This document shows positions 50,960 to 64,000 of a DNA stretch of 64,000 nt, piece by piece. The stretch lies in assembly GCA_051362555.1 (NCBI GenBank), contig CM120647.1, positions 13,988,651-14,052,650 on the forward strand, read 5' to 3'. This DNA is from Lingula anatina. Taxonomy: Eukaryota > Animalia > Brachiopoda. The notes below the pieces were generated by a model. The model did no database searches and had not been told where the DNA came from. It was given only the letters and a program-made list of their open reading frames with translations. The translations under genes were made by a program, and so were the position numbers. Numbering within the stretch: the stretch's first letter is position 1; every line of letters starts with the position of its first letter.

Positions 50960-51800
50960 CTATTACGCCTGACCTCATCTGGCCGCTACCAGAGCTTTCA
51001 AGCGACCAGGCATTCTTTGGGATAGGTTTTTAGAGATTAATCGGGAATAAAACTTCAGGCAACGGTCAAAACTTGATCAATTTGGTTCAGTTTTGTTGTA
51101 GGACATTTTGATTCGGCGAGTAATGACCCAACCACATATTGTCTATGTGGTTCAAAAGTTGCAATTTTGATGACCAAGGTAGCTGCTCATTCCCTTGGTT
51201 CTGTAAGTTATCTGCTATTAAAATTGCTCTGTGTGAACCGCAATCTCATCGTGCAACCGAAAACAGTTCCTAAGGTGCCCAGTATCAAATGATACCACAT
51301 TGGTTCTTTACTTGATCTGGTTCAGGTTTTCGTCGATGAGTACCATTGGTGTTTGGACACCAATGTGGTATCAACTCCCAGTACTTGAGCTGTCAATGAC
51401 CCTAGTCACTTTAGAAGCAGCACACGCTTCGTCAAAGGCCTCTTCGGGATGTCTGTATACTCTGTTTTGACCAGTTGGGCAGTACAGGTGAAATCTGACC
51501 ACAATAAAGAAAGACACACAGTTGCAGTGTTCTACCCAGAAACGGTCATGGCCCCCAATTCATTAGAGAAACAGACGACGCTGTTTTGCTGTTTACAGTG
51601 TCTTCCTCAGAGGTCGTCTTGTATCTTAACCTGCTGAAACCAGTTTGGTGTTCGTTAAGTACCTTCAAAAACGCGTTTTGGTGACAATTTGCCCCTCATT
51701 CTGAACAGTCTAGGTGGTTTTTGTTCAGTTGCAGCAGCATATCCAGAAGGACAGTGGGTCCTGCACAGTGGTGGTAAGATTTAGATACATTGGGCGTGGC
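50960..51800 (-). pseudogene. Highly decayed Tc1-like transposase
   Basis: Minus-strand IADNLQNQGNEQLPWSSKLQLLNHIDNMW (WP-SPDLNPIE-W equivalent) and RMPGRLKALVAAR. Element ends uncertain, possibly ~47477-52170. Confidence 0.6.
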
Positions 51801-52189
51801 CTCTGTGTAGGTACATCAGTTTTGGCATAACTCAATAAAACTGTGCGGATAATTCCTTGTGACACAAGTCCGTCTGGCAATGTCTTTTTCGCTCCATTCT
51901 GGCACAGATTAACAATTTTTAAAACACTGCTTAAGTCATTTTATGCATTGCAAACCGACCGCTTGCATGCCAAATTTCAAATTTTTAGATGCAGCAGTTG
52001 CCGACATATGGATACCTTTTTGGCAGAATCATGTTTCGTCAAAGCCAAGCTTTGACCAGCCCAAAGGAGCACTACCCAATTTAATTACTGCATATCACAC
52101 AATGTAGCAGTGCAACAGACGTAGTCAGTTAATTGGTAGCAACACACCTGACTAGACACTTCTCCAGTCAGATATCTAATATGAGATCT

Positions 52190-52221
<32 letters not shown>

Positions 52222-53479
52222 AAAAAAGAACACATTTTTACCAAGGTATACCTTTGAAAGTGAAATATTCCATATTAAATGTCAAGTCTGTATATATTGT
52301 ATATATATTTTTCCCATGTCACCAAGATTATTATGCATTACACCTTTGAAGCCCTGGATTTTATTTATCTTAATAATAATAATGATAACATAACTTGGAA
52401 AATTAAAATTTAAAAAGCTGGACTATTTATGTAGAAATGGTAGGTTTTCAAAATATTTAAAAGCCAAGCAATTCAGCCCCTTAAAGCGTCTCCACTCCAA
52501 ATTGCCCAGGGAACGGTAAATGTCGTTTAAAAAAGCCAATTTTAAATAATGGTAACGATAATAAAGTATCATGAACGTCAAAATAAGAGCGGGATATTAA
52601 ACCATTACCTTACGGCGTATTTAACTCATCGAGGAGATCAAAAGCTTCTCGGTGAGTATAATATGAGATTGAATAACAGTGACAGTCACTTAGCGCTACA
52701 GCGGGTGGCATGTGACTGTCATGTGACTACCAAGGAAGCACAGCAGTTTATTAAATTGCACTATTGAGAACGTGCCCTCTATCCTGGCGTCAAAGAAAAT
52801 GTTGCTATTCTGTATGCATCAGTTCAAGTTCAAGTTCAATTGGGCCAGAACGTGAACTATTGGCAACAGCAACAGTGACAAAGCGCCAACAGTTACAGCA
52901 TGTTTCACACCGATTCACCTAGAATAGGAATATTTACAATTAGATAAAAAAAAAGAAGAAACGTTTGTTAAGATTATTCAAAGACTATGACCACTCCATA
53001 GGATAAGCATTACTACTTCAAGACAGGCGACTTCATTGGTTAAATATATTGTTGTTCTGCCACTAATACACCATTAACCTTGTCAAGGAAATAACAACTG
53101 CATACGGCAACACACAGCAAAGGGTCAGCTCTCCCGATGGTTAAAAATGACCTACTTGTGGGCATTGGTAACAACTCTAAATATACTATACATACCGCGG
53201 GGCTGATATCTAAACAAAAGGATTGCAGGGACCGATATAATGAATGAGACGGATTGACTGCCACGTGCGAAAGATGGTCAGGAAATTAGCCAACTACTCG
53301 CAGAAAACCACTGACCCATGTCCCTGTCAAGACACACGCAACCACAAACCATTCACGTAAATGAAAATGATTGGACGGTGACCGCAATTAGGCGGTATAC
53401 GCGGGGAAAGTCCATTCTTTGATATCACTCCATGCGCGGTGATATCAGCGTGTTCTATTCAAAGTTAGGGGGTTTGGGT

Positions 53480-53597
53480 GTATGACAAATAATGCACTGT
53501 TACCCCCTCGCCCGATATCCACGATAGCATGCCTCGCTGACGCTCGGCCTGCATTCGTGATATCGAGCTCGTGGACAGTGCATTATTTACTACATAC
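53480..53597. repeat. ~120-bp hairpin element (possibly a Crypton-type non-autonomous repeat)
   Basis: AAATAATGCACTG ... CAGTGCATTATTT outer stem with inner GATATC-CACGA / TCGTGATATC symmetry around GCCTCGCTGACGCTCGGC. Confidence 0.5.
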
Positions 53598-56500
53598 TCC
53601 ACGGATACGAAGCCTATCCCCCCCTTGGAGAGGGGATCGGGGCCCAGTGGAGGGCAGCGAAAAAATTAGTATTTGAGGAGCCATTAAGAATAGATGCTTC
53701 GCGTGCAGGGAGGAAGATCATCAGGAATCAGTGGCATCACTTTTGAAGTGGGGTTGGCCATGTTTAGTAGGCAGATCAGTTAGTACTCGGATCATCTATT
53801 CTGAACGGCCCCTTAAAGGGAAAACGGTGCCTTTTGGAAATACAGGGTATGATCCAGCTAGTCAAAATTCTAATTTCAAGAAAGGTTCATTGGTGTGACT
53901 TTTTTCAAAAATCAAAGGGAGGGTCGCCCCCCCTTAACCCCCCCCCCCAATCCGCCATTGCATGTGTGTGTGTGTGTGTGTGCATGTGTGTGTGTGTGTG
54001 TGTGTGTGTGTGGCGGGGGAGTAACATTACTCACTCCCACTCTCGTTCAAGTTTATTAAAACTGGATGAATTGAAATGGTCAGCTGACCAGATGTAGGGG
54101 AGAATAAAATGCTGATGATTCATAAACCTTTAATTATGAATGTGAATGGATCCTTGGGAAATGCAGAGAAGGGCAGCACACAGCGCTAAAAAGATATAAC
54201 CCTTTATTTAATGAAGGTCAAGGAATCTATTAAAAAACTTATTTTGTGCTCTAGGGGGAGATTACGGAATTGCAATGTATATTAACTATAAATCATCCAC
54301 CCCAGGGGCAGACATCAAATTCAGTCTAGGATGTCGCGGCAACCCCGTTCCCATCCCGATTCTATCTCTATATTATTTCAAATAGTTTCAGTTACTTAAA
54401 AAAATTGATGCATAAATACGTCACAGTGGCAAATTGAGTTTTACTCTCATATCTTTCACATAAAACCAAGTAATAGGGTGTCAATTACAAATGCTCGTAT
54501 AGGGTAAAGTGGAAACATTAACGGCATTAGTAATCATACGCAATTATACTTGAGAAACAATTTTTTTTTTTTTTTTGCAACTTGCATTTTCAATTCATTA
54601 AAGTTGTATAAATATCATCCTCCAAGCCTGTTGATCTAGCAGATAAACCTTGCTAATTGGGCCTGTTAAGTGACAACGCCAATTACCAGCCATGCAATCA
54701 GCTTTAGGATTTCATCACAGGGTGACAGAGAACGAAATGACTGTCTATTTATATACATACCTGTGAATAACTTGTGAGAAACCATATGCGCCCCGGTAGA
54801 GGGTAACGTTTAACATGTCATGATAAACATTCACAGGTGTAGTACCAGAACCGATAGAGCCTCTCCAAAACAATTTAGATCCAAGTGGCCGAAATTGATC
54901 TGAGTAAAATACAGCCGTAACTGACGTATAGTCCAGCAATTTGATGAAATATTTTACATACAAGCATGGTATTTGGCAAATTGTAGAAAATGAAATTTTA
55001 AGCAAATCTGGATAAATGGGCATGTCCGAAAAATTCCATAATGATCGGCTTGGTCGCCAAATCCAATATGACCACCACAAATACCCTTTCAAATTAACCT
55101 CAACTATGTAGCTCTTAAATGGCTAAATGCATCATTGAATGGTTGGAAAATAAGAAAACAGCGTGGTAAGAATACCATATCTATACCGGCTTCTTAGATG
55201 TATAGAAATCCAAAATGACATCCAATAGTTTAAAAAAAAAATCCAACAATTCAAGGTATTTAGCAGAATAGTGAATTCATCACGCACAAACTACAAGCAT
55301 CGTATTTGGCACAGTTGTAGAGAACTATTTTTGAAGTATAGGCATGTTTGAAAAATTCCAACATGGCCGCAAAATCCAATATGGCCGCCACGAATACCAT
55401 TTCAAATTAAAATGTCAAGTATGTAGTCCCATTACAGCTTCTGATAACCATTTTTCTCCAAAAATACTATGATATAAGTGAGATGTCAATAAATACTTCT
55501 TCAGGTGTATAGAAATCTAAAACGAAAAAGTAAAATGTAGTCCATTCATTCAAAACATGCAGCAGTATGATGATTTCATTATGCACTTTTAAGTTTTAAA
55601 AAACTACAAGCATGAAAATTTGAAGAGAACAGGATGTTAGGCATTTAGATAGAAGGGCATTCCTGAAAATTCCAATATTGCCCCCAAACACATCAGAATT
55701 CTGCTTTATAATTTATAATAATCTGAAGTTTTTGGTTAGAAGACACCATAGTATAAATGAGCTATCAAAATCTTCTACTTTAGTTCCATTAAAATCCAAC
55801 ATGATCGTCAAAAGGACTGCATGTGGCGATTCTATATTTGCCACAGGAAATGAAAAATGTCAACATTTTTTAACCAATGATATTTTGTAAAGTAGGTATT
55901 GCACATTATAGAAATATATGGGTGATCAACCTATTACGTAATTTTCCAAGAGATGATAACAGCTATCAAGATTTAATTAGTATCATTTACTTCTGTCCAT
56001 TTTTAATAAACAAGGGACTGGAATGCCACATAATTCCACATTCTACTTATTTGTTAAAATAATTATCATTCGTTTAAATGTGCATAGTTTTAGCTTTGCT
56101 TCCCTCAGCTTTCTCAGAATTTGCGGAAAGCTATACCTACTAACGTGTAATCCACTCCCCCCCCCTCCCCCCCCCCAAAAAAAAAAAAAATACCAAGAGA
56201 GGTTGGTCAAGTGTTTGACCAAAAAGCATCAGTTTACATGAATAAGTGACAACTTCTAAAAAGGATAATAGTGTGGTAGTGCATAGGTGAAAGTTATTAA
56301 TGTGAACCCACATAGATTCTGTCTTCTTAAGCTTCTAAAGAAGACTTGTATCACCGCTGACTCTCCTCACCACAGTTTGCAATTGCACGCATTACTACGA
56401 ACAAATGTGGTCGGAGTTAACGGTGAAAGTTATGTTATCCGGATAAGCAAACACTCCCCATTGCTTCTATTCTGGATTGTCCCAATGTGGTTACCTGAAG

Positions 56501-56702
56501 GCAAAAAATGCCGGAACACCGATGTTTTTTTTTACCTTTTAAAGATCATATTGCCCTAATTTCCTGGTACAATTATCAGAATACACCTTGGATTTTCTAA
56601 GCTTTATATATCGTATCTTATGTTTCTAAAGGATACGATCTTTTATCATCATGTTCAGTTATCTGAGAATATAATTCCGCAACTTATCAAATAACCGAGT
56701 AC

Positions 56703-57253
56703 CAGGCCTACCCAACTACCAGACTCGGCACCTAAGGATCCTGAATTAACCGGTATATCGGACCACACTACCCGTTTTCAAGGTGTGTGTCAGATCGCAT
56801 TTCGGAGTATCAGCCAGAACACCGACAGGATGAGCCCTGGCATGCTCGGCTGTCACCTTGATTGGATAGTAAACGATTGTCGTAAAATCGCTATGTGATT
56901 TTAAAACCGGGTGCATAAATTTGAAAGCCACCTAGATGCACCTTAGACTGCCACATTAATCTAATACAATGCAAAAAAGCCCTATCAAAAGTGGTTAAAA
57001 CATTCAAACCGAATGTCGTAAAGTCCCCATATATCCCCATAGAGACAATAAAATAGAGTACTCTAAAGTAAGAGTACAGTTTAAGGTTGTTCAGCCGAGC
57101 GTGGATGAGCCCGCAGTCGTGCTACAAAATTTGTTCTGGGGTATGATACTACGAAATGCGATCTGACACACACCTTGAAAACGGGTAGCATGGTCCGATA
57201 TACCGGTTAATTTAGGATCCTTAGGTGCCGAGTCTGGTAGTTGGGTAGGCCTG
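56703..57253. mobile_element. MITE with ~100-bp TIRs and 5-bp TSD (hAT5-like), copy 2
   Basis: AGTAC|CAGGCCTA...TAGGCCTG|AGTAC. Same TIRs as 31021-31834 but a different interior. Confidence 0.85.
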
Positions 57254-57614
57254 AGTACGCAAATGAAAACCAAAGTTTGGTGCCTACTTCCTCTTAAGTG
57301 CACGACGTCTGAGGCCTAGAATGCAGCTTTTGAAAAGAGCATGCATCAACAAGTGTCCTGCTTTTGAAATTTTCTTTTCACTGTATTTTCGGTAGCCATA
57401 AATTCAAATGTACTGAACCAATTTCTTAGAGCATTTTTAAGCACTAAATAACCTCGTACGATGGTTCCAAGCGCAGCTGTATCCCTGTATTCAGTACTTT
57501 TTCTATAAACCGCATCAAATTGTTACCCTCTACCAGGACCGCAGTTATTATTGTGGACATTTTTGGCTGGAGCGACATCAGACAAAAATGACTGGTTATT
57601 TATCTATAGACATA

Positions 57615-59513
57615 CAATGATGCTCATAAGTTAAGCAACACCTTCTTATTTCTCAAATTTCTCAGCAACCAAGCTTTTCATTGAAGGAAAATTTGTACTG
57701 TAGCTAGATATTACTATATTGTCCTTACTTTGAATTAATGGAACGTAACATCTGAGTTTTATTTAATGTTGGACAAGGCAGAATATGCACCACTTGCGCA
57801 AAACACAGTTTGGGCGGAGTTTGCCATGCGGATCGATCCGAGCTTCCAGTTTGGCTAATTTCATTGGCACAGTTTGTAAAATTGGTTAAAGGGATAATAA
57901 CTCTTCGTTTCGGCCAAAAAATGAATTTTCCTGGAGTAAACAACAATTTTCCCATATACTTACCAATGGTTAATGAATCCATTTTTACATTCAAAGTTAG
58001 TCCCTGGTTTTTTCCTAAAAAGTTTGGCTTTTTGTCAAAATCTTTTTAGAGATTTTAACAGAGTATAACCATCAATGGAGTTTACGTGGTCTCAAGACAA
58101 GCTCAGATAGTAGAATAATAGCTATAACTGCCGTTTTTGTGGCAAAACAGAATATATTATATTTCTATGAGTTATTCACAATGTTTTATTGTGAAATATA
58201 GATCTCATATGAAGAGATATTATCCCTTCAAACAAGATTCAAAGAGGTAATCAGATGATAAATAATAGGAAGCCATCGTGCTGGGGTGCCAAAGAGATAA
58301 AATGTAAGGCAACAGAAAGTAGCACCAAGTCAAGTGTCCAAGATGGTAGCAAAATGGCGCCAACTCATCATATATTGGACAAGCCTCTTTCTGGTAAACC
58401 GATATTAACCGACGCAATAGATAGGATATGTTTGGTTCGACTATGCCACTAGGACCTATTAATGTCGGCCAAACAACTGGGAAACATCTGGCCTGAATTA
58501 GGAAGAGCTCGAATCAGTAGTCTAACTGTCAAAAGGCATATTTTAGAAGCTGCACTTCCATCAAAAAGACCTCGTAAATAGCCACCGACGACCAAGTTCC
58601 CGCGGACTGACGGGAGCAAATTCACTTTGATGTATGCAGATGGTCAGCTAAGAGTCTGGAGAGGTCCAAATCAAGCGTTTCAGGGTGATTGTGTTCCCCC
58701 ACGTGTTTTGGGTGGCGGAGTATCCGTCATAGTATGGTGCGGTTTCTATTATGATGAAAAATTGCCACTGTACGTCATTCAAGGAAGGGTTCACTGGTCA
58801 CCGATACAGAGACGAAATACCATTGGGGCGCATAGAATCACACATACAAGCAAATCCAGGAAGAAAAATCATTTTGGTGCAGGACAATTCGCCCATCCAT
58901 AAAGCACGTGGTTCGTGCAAGACGAGCTGCAACATCACAGTATCCCACATTGGCTTGGCCAGCATATTTACCAGTTCTCATTGTAATCGAACATGTTTAG
59001 GATATGAAAAACAGAGCAGTAAATGAGAGACAACAACCTAAAGTCGGAAACATAGAAGAGCTCCAGCAGGCAGTAACTGAGGAATATAACCCACTACCAA
59101 AGCAAAATTGACAGTTTGGTGGCAGGTTGCAGGGAACTATGTGAAGCTGTTGTTCAAAAGCAGGGAAGGCACATCCGATATTTATTGCATAATAGACGAT
59201 ATATCATCTATTATCTACAGTCTTCTTTTATTAAAACTAATTCTAATATTGATTAAACTTCATACATTTTGCTGTGTGAGCATTCTTTTAGACACATGGT
59301 TTGGCATATTTTGGAACCATTTGGTTAATAAAGTTATTTTGATTATTAGAATGAGCTATGTAGTGTATTTCTTTAACAGAAATATTCATCTTGAAGAAGT
59401 TATTTATAAAATATGAAAGAAATATGCATAATCCCAATAACAAATGAAATGATGATCATGATAGAAGAAACTTTTGAATAATCGGGGTGTTGCTAAACTT
59501 ATGAACATCAGTG
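57615..59513 (+). mobile_element. Degenerate Tc1 element
   Basis: TA|CAATGATGCTCATAAGTTAAGCAACACC ... GGTGTTGCTAAACTTATGAACATCAGTG|TA. Transposase remnants ADGQLRVWR, GGGVSVIVW, TGHRYRDEI and QDNSPIHKAR with frameshifts. Confidence 0.88.
57890..58227. mobile_element. Complete ~340-bp Kolobok-like MITE nested in the Tc1 element
   Basis: TTAA|AGGGATAATAACTCTTC ... GAAGAGATATTATCCCT|TCAA. Confidence 0.8.
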
Positions 59514-59869
59514 TATCTGTGAATATCTGTGGAAAAATCAATATGTCGCCCTGGTAGAGGGTATCAAATTGTTAGGACCTGTATGTTCGATCATTTGTCA
59601 TTTTTGCTATACTAGTGAACATTTGGTGAGAAATGGTGATTAAAAATCCTTCCTCTCATCATCTATATATTGTGAATAGCCACTGATCTGCATATACAGG
59701 GTAGCTGAAAAATCATATCCAAAAGACAAAATTGGTACACCACAGGGAGCAGTTTCATCAGCACTAAATAATGTTATAGATGACACTACCCATTGCAATA
59801 AATCGTTATCATATGGACTGAAAAAAGCAATCTCCCGCAAACACTGCATACTTCGTTGACTCTGATATT

Positions 59870-60070
59870 AATTTCAATGGTTGACAATGCTCTCTTTCCC
59901 CAAGCTAACAGTCCATAGGACACTATGTTATGCTTTGGATAATGATATCCGTATGGCAATGCTATCCCGTGTTGATGTTTTACACCATTTTAGTTATAGT
60001 TTTCCTTAAAATCGGGGAGTCCAAATTATGAATGTGATTAAAGTAGATACCCAAACTGGGAAATGATCTT
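59870..60070 (-). pseudogene. Possible decayed LINE ORF2 fragment
   Basis: Minus-strand SYGLLAWG motif and an upstream LGIYFN-like segment. Short and frameshifted. Confidence 0.3.
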
Positions 60071-61088
60071 AATGAAAACCTAGGGCAAAGTGCAAAACTA
60101 CATATGTTGATTTGGCAAAAGTATTATTTTGTCAGAGAAAAGACAATAAATGAAACATGGTCGGTATTATTTTTCAAAGACAGTAGAATACTTTAACATG
60201 GTTTTAACATATGTATAAATATGCTGCTCGTACAGGTAGTTGCAAATCCCAGATTCTTATTCGCAGGTGATTACAAAACAATGAAATACAATACATGGGG
60301 TCCACTGACTTTTGGAAGTCATCTTGGAATTTCGAAACCTAAAGGAGCAGATATTGATACTACTTTCATTCCATAGTATTTTGTCAACAGTAAATGATAT
60401 CTCAAGTCATTAACAGACTATGTTAACTTTCACCCAGAAAGGGTATTTGTGGTAGCCATGTAAAAATCGACAGACAAACTGGAATTTTTCAAACATGCCC
60501 ATACTTTCAAAAGTATCTATAAACCTGTTCTCAACAACTGTTCCAATATTCAGTTTTATTGTAGTTTTAGGTGCTTGATGAATTCACCATACTGCTGCAT
60601 AATGTGTGATTTTTTTTAATGTTTCTTCTATTCAACTATAGAATCAGATAGTGATATTTCATTCGTACCCAGTTAATTGTGGCGATGATATTGAAATTTG
60701 CAGACATGCCCATATATCCAAAATGGATTAAAGTTGCATTCTCCACAACTGTGTCAAAATTCCTGCTTGTGGGTGCACATTTTTTTTTCATGGAAAAGTC
60801 TTTTCACAGTAGGATGCGATTTGATAAAGACGACTGTACTGCACAATTACATACATTCACTGCTTCTTTTTCAACACAACTATGCATTTTTTGTTAAATA
60901 ATTAAATTATATTTGTTTATTTATCCAAATTATAATCCAATAACCTAAAAAAAATGGATTTGTAAATCTTATTTACCTGACCCATTAGTTTCAAATATTA
61001 GGCGCGGATATGGTAATGGATCCAGGGTTTTGATCCCCCTTTTTATCAACGCTGACCATAACTTTCCATAAAAGCACCGTTTTTTTCT

Positions 61089-61119
<31 letters not shown>

Positions 61120-61220
61120 CGTTGAGAAAATCAAGATGGGAAAGATACGTAGTCCTTTTATACGAATCTTTTTCATTTTTGCTTAAAATCATGATCTGCA
61201 AAATGTATACGATATTAACA

Positions 61221-61981
61221 TTAACAACTTCTAAAAAGATAATCAAGCAATGTTATTATATATATAACGGAATTGGGGAGCCTTACCGTTTCAGCATCGG
61301 GAACTTTATACGGTACCATTTCAACAGATTTTATCAGCTCCATTAACTCTTCTTGTTTCGTATCTCGGTCTTCCCGGTTTCTGTTTTCTACACACAATAT
61401 TCGTTGGCCACATTCGTTATAAAGATTCAGAAATGGCTCTGGCGAATTCATGATAAATTCTTCGATGGAAGTGTTTTTCTGGTTTATGACATCAGCAAAT
61501 GTAAGCACAATGATACTTTTCTTGGGGAAATTGTGTCCCAATATTTCGCGTAACTGATTTACTGATTCTATTTGAGTATTTTTTATTCGGCCCAATTTAA
61601 ACACAATCAATATAGAGTCCACTTGCTTCAGAGACCTGGCTTCATTGTATATTCTGGACAATGTCTTATTGTCACTTGTGGACAGCGAGCCTAAACCAGG
61701 TGTGTCCATAAGATGGACAGTGCAAAAGCTCGGTTCGTTGAGCCTGAATTCCGTGTGTGTAATTTTGCCATCTTTTTCCTTATAATAAGGGTCCTCGGAT
61801 AATTTCTTTACAGTTGCAGACTTCCCTTGCCCCTTATAGCCAACGACAATTACGTTGTAGGCTTTGGTGGTCGCCCTGAAAAATGATTACACCATGAATT
61901 ATGAAAAACTGAACTATCAAACAAACCGCGGTAAAGACAGTCAGCAAAATAAAATCAAAACCTTACTGAAAGCAGAGACAT
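61221..61981 (-). CDS. Second AIG1/GIMAP-family GTPase (main exon 61875-61221, probable short first exon 61981-61962)
   Basis: The frame extends upstream of the listed ORF: ATTKAYNVIVVGYKGQGKSATVKK...VHLMDTPGLG...ILIVFKLGRI...IIVLTFAD...ECGQRILCVEN. Acceptor ttttcag ends at 61876. ATG at 61981 gives MSLLSVR through a phase-2, 86-nt intron (exon 1 is less certain). Hydrophobic C-tail SVIYIITLLDYLFRSC. Confidence 0.85.
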
Positions 61982-63307
61982 ATTTTTATTGACAGAGGGA
62001 AAAGGAATGATAAACAAGCCTGCTGGAAAGAGTTTGTCCGGTTTCAAAATAGGCGTTTTATTATTTTCTCTCTGTCTCCTCCACGATTTAGTGCTTTGTC
62101 TTCGTGCCAAGAAATATTTCAAAAAAATAATAATATCATATATACAATCAAAAACTCTAAAACACACCAAATTAATAATATTTTAGACTATTGGCTATTT
62201 ATAAAATATAGATGCAGTAATGTTCTTGATGTGTGCGAAATCGACTTTAACGCTTTATGAATTTAACAGTTAAACAAAAACTACATGTATTTATCCGTTT
62301 CTTTAGCACCAGACAGTCTCTTTGCGCAAATTACTGTTTTCAGCCTTCATTTCATAAATGACTCATTACACGTGAATATTTACTTACATTGCTGTTCCTA
62401 GTTACAGAGAACTGATAATCTAGCGAAGTAATACAACAGGTGTTTTCTGCTTTGAAAGGGATGGATTGGCGAATGGCTATAAATACCAAACTGCGCATGT
62501 TCGCGGGACCTTCACAAAGACTCATAATTTGACAATTGCAAGGAGAAATTGTTATCATGCATTATTTCATTATTTTGATAATTTCTTGCAGCTAGCCCCT
62601 TATTTTGATCGCTTTGTCTTTATAGTGTATAGTTGCCATGTCCAAGTTGTAACTCGTATATGTATAAAACACGATGACGTCATTCAATTTTAAACTGACA
62701 TGAAACAACAAAACACACATAGTTTACTGTGATAACCTATTCACTTTATTGATGGCATTCTACCAACCTTTCAACAGCATAAGGAAAAGATTAATGGGGC
62801 TTACCGGCACTTAACCATTTTTCTGATCTTTGTGACAAAACAGAGAGTTTCTTTTTCCCTTTCGCTTTAGGCAGCAAAAAATAAAATTTGCTATGAGACG
62901 CTCCCTAAGCTCTTGACCTCATATCAGCGGCACTGAGCTCCTGACCTCATATATACGCCCACATTAGCGTGCACAGTACGGCCTCAAATGCTGCCAGGAA
63001 GGAAGATTGCGATACGTGTACCAAACACATACTGAGCCCAAAAACTATGTTCTGATAGTTCAAACAAGGTAAAGGTTTGATATTCTCCAGTGAAATATTT
63101 ACATTACACACGGCATGGTTAACTTGTTATCAAAATATTTTGAAAGAAAGGACAGGTTAGCTTTTAATTATTGTTAACGTTGGCGACAGTTTCAAAGCTG
63201 CCGCACGTCTAGGAAAAAAAGACTCTACACACCTGAACATAAGCCAGACAGATATTTTAGTACATTTTGGCGTGTACTAGCACACATAGAGTGTACCATG
63301 AATTTGA

Positions 63308-63655
63308 GCCACCCACATTGGATCAAATGCCACGCTGACTTGCAAATCACAGATGGATACAACTTTGATACCATGGAAAAATCACATAATTGAAGGCTTG
63401 GATAAAAATAGTCCATACTAGACATCAGGATATAAAATCTCGCCAATTGCCGGGCACTTCATTGAGCGCGATTGTCAGTCCAGCGGCAGCGAGGGTATTG
63501 TGAGGCTCAAGGCAGAAGCTTTCGATTTGACTATACCTGACGTAAACGTAAGAAACAAGGCTGAGGCAGGAGCAAGTGCTAGCTGGAAAGGAAATAGGGT
63601 GAACACAACAGAAGGTGACGTCACCACAATGCGCCTGTCTATTCGTCTGCAAACC
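63308..63655 (+). pseudogene. Degenerate immunoglobulin-like domain exon
   Basis: Reads ATHIGSNATLTCKSQMDTTLIPWKNH...Y*TSGYKI...AFDLTIPDVNVRNKAEAG, matching Ig strand B (G--ATLTC), the strand C Trp and strand E/F (LTI--V---EAG). One in-frame TAG; the second Cys appears only after a frameshift; strong GTGAGT donor at 63656. Confidence 0.5.
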
Positions 63656-64000
63656 GTGAGTTTTTTTTTTTTTTTTTTTTTAATTAATTGGATTATTTGT
63701 CTGTCTACTCGCTCCTTTATTTATTGATTTTATTAAGTAAACGGTTAACTGCTATAATTTGTATGCTAGAAAATACCAGCTTGCTAAATGCTTTGTTAGC
63801 TGCGTACGTGCCTTTAAATTATGCTCAATGTTCCCTGTCTGTTCCCATACCCTCACCCAAATTAACAAAGTTATTACCCAACAGAATGAACTAAATTTTC
63901 ATCTTTATGACCTTGTTATACAGTAAAAATGTGTGTATGTACTTCCTTAATCTTTTTTACCCTTGTGTCATCTAAAATCGTACACTTCGTAAACTCAGTA

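Larger units (their letters stand above)
54928..60800. mobile_element. Old Academ-like element (degenerate inverted arms ~54928-55700 and ~60290-60800) hosting younger insertions
   Basis: Starts TAGTCCAGC. Left-arm motifs GGCATGT(C/T)(C/T)GAAAAATTCCA and AAATCCAATATGGCCGCC have inverted counterparts (GGAATTTTTCAAACATGCCC) near 60480-60710. Right terminus not found. Confidence 0.45.

Overview
AT-rich eukaryotic (animal) genomic DNA; the transposon repertoire suggests a marine invertebrate such as a mollusc (inference). Only two genes look intact, both divergent AIG1/GIMAP-family GTPases, facing each other from opposite ends of the window (467-1096 + and about 61221-61981 -). The 60 kb between them holds a recent ~4.9-kb tandem duplication (about 1395-13188 vs 13208-18140) and many defective or non-autonomous transposons, often nested: CACTA/EnSpm-like, Helentron/HINE, Academ-like, Sola3, Tc1/mariner, piggyBac, Kolobok, Ginger-like, a 5-bp-TSD hAT5-like family and LINE fragments. 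It also holds an array of at least 7 decayed copies of an unidentified long minus-strand reading frame whose substitutions are biased to synonymous sites. Other notable signals are a 33-nt splice-site-flanked module repeated every 160 bp inside the CACTA element, a templated copy of the GIMAP 5' end in a hairpin loop, a G4 Asp-to-Asn change in one GIMAP, and a degenerate Ig-like exon near the right end. No rRNA, tRNA or CRISPR array was recognised. All alignments were done by eye, so boundaries without a stated TSD are approximate.
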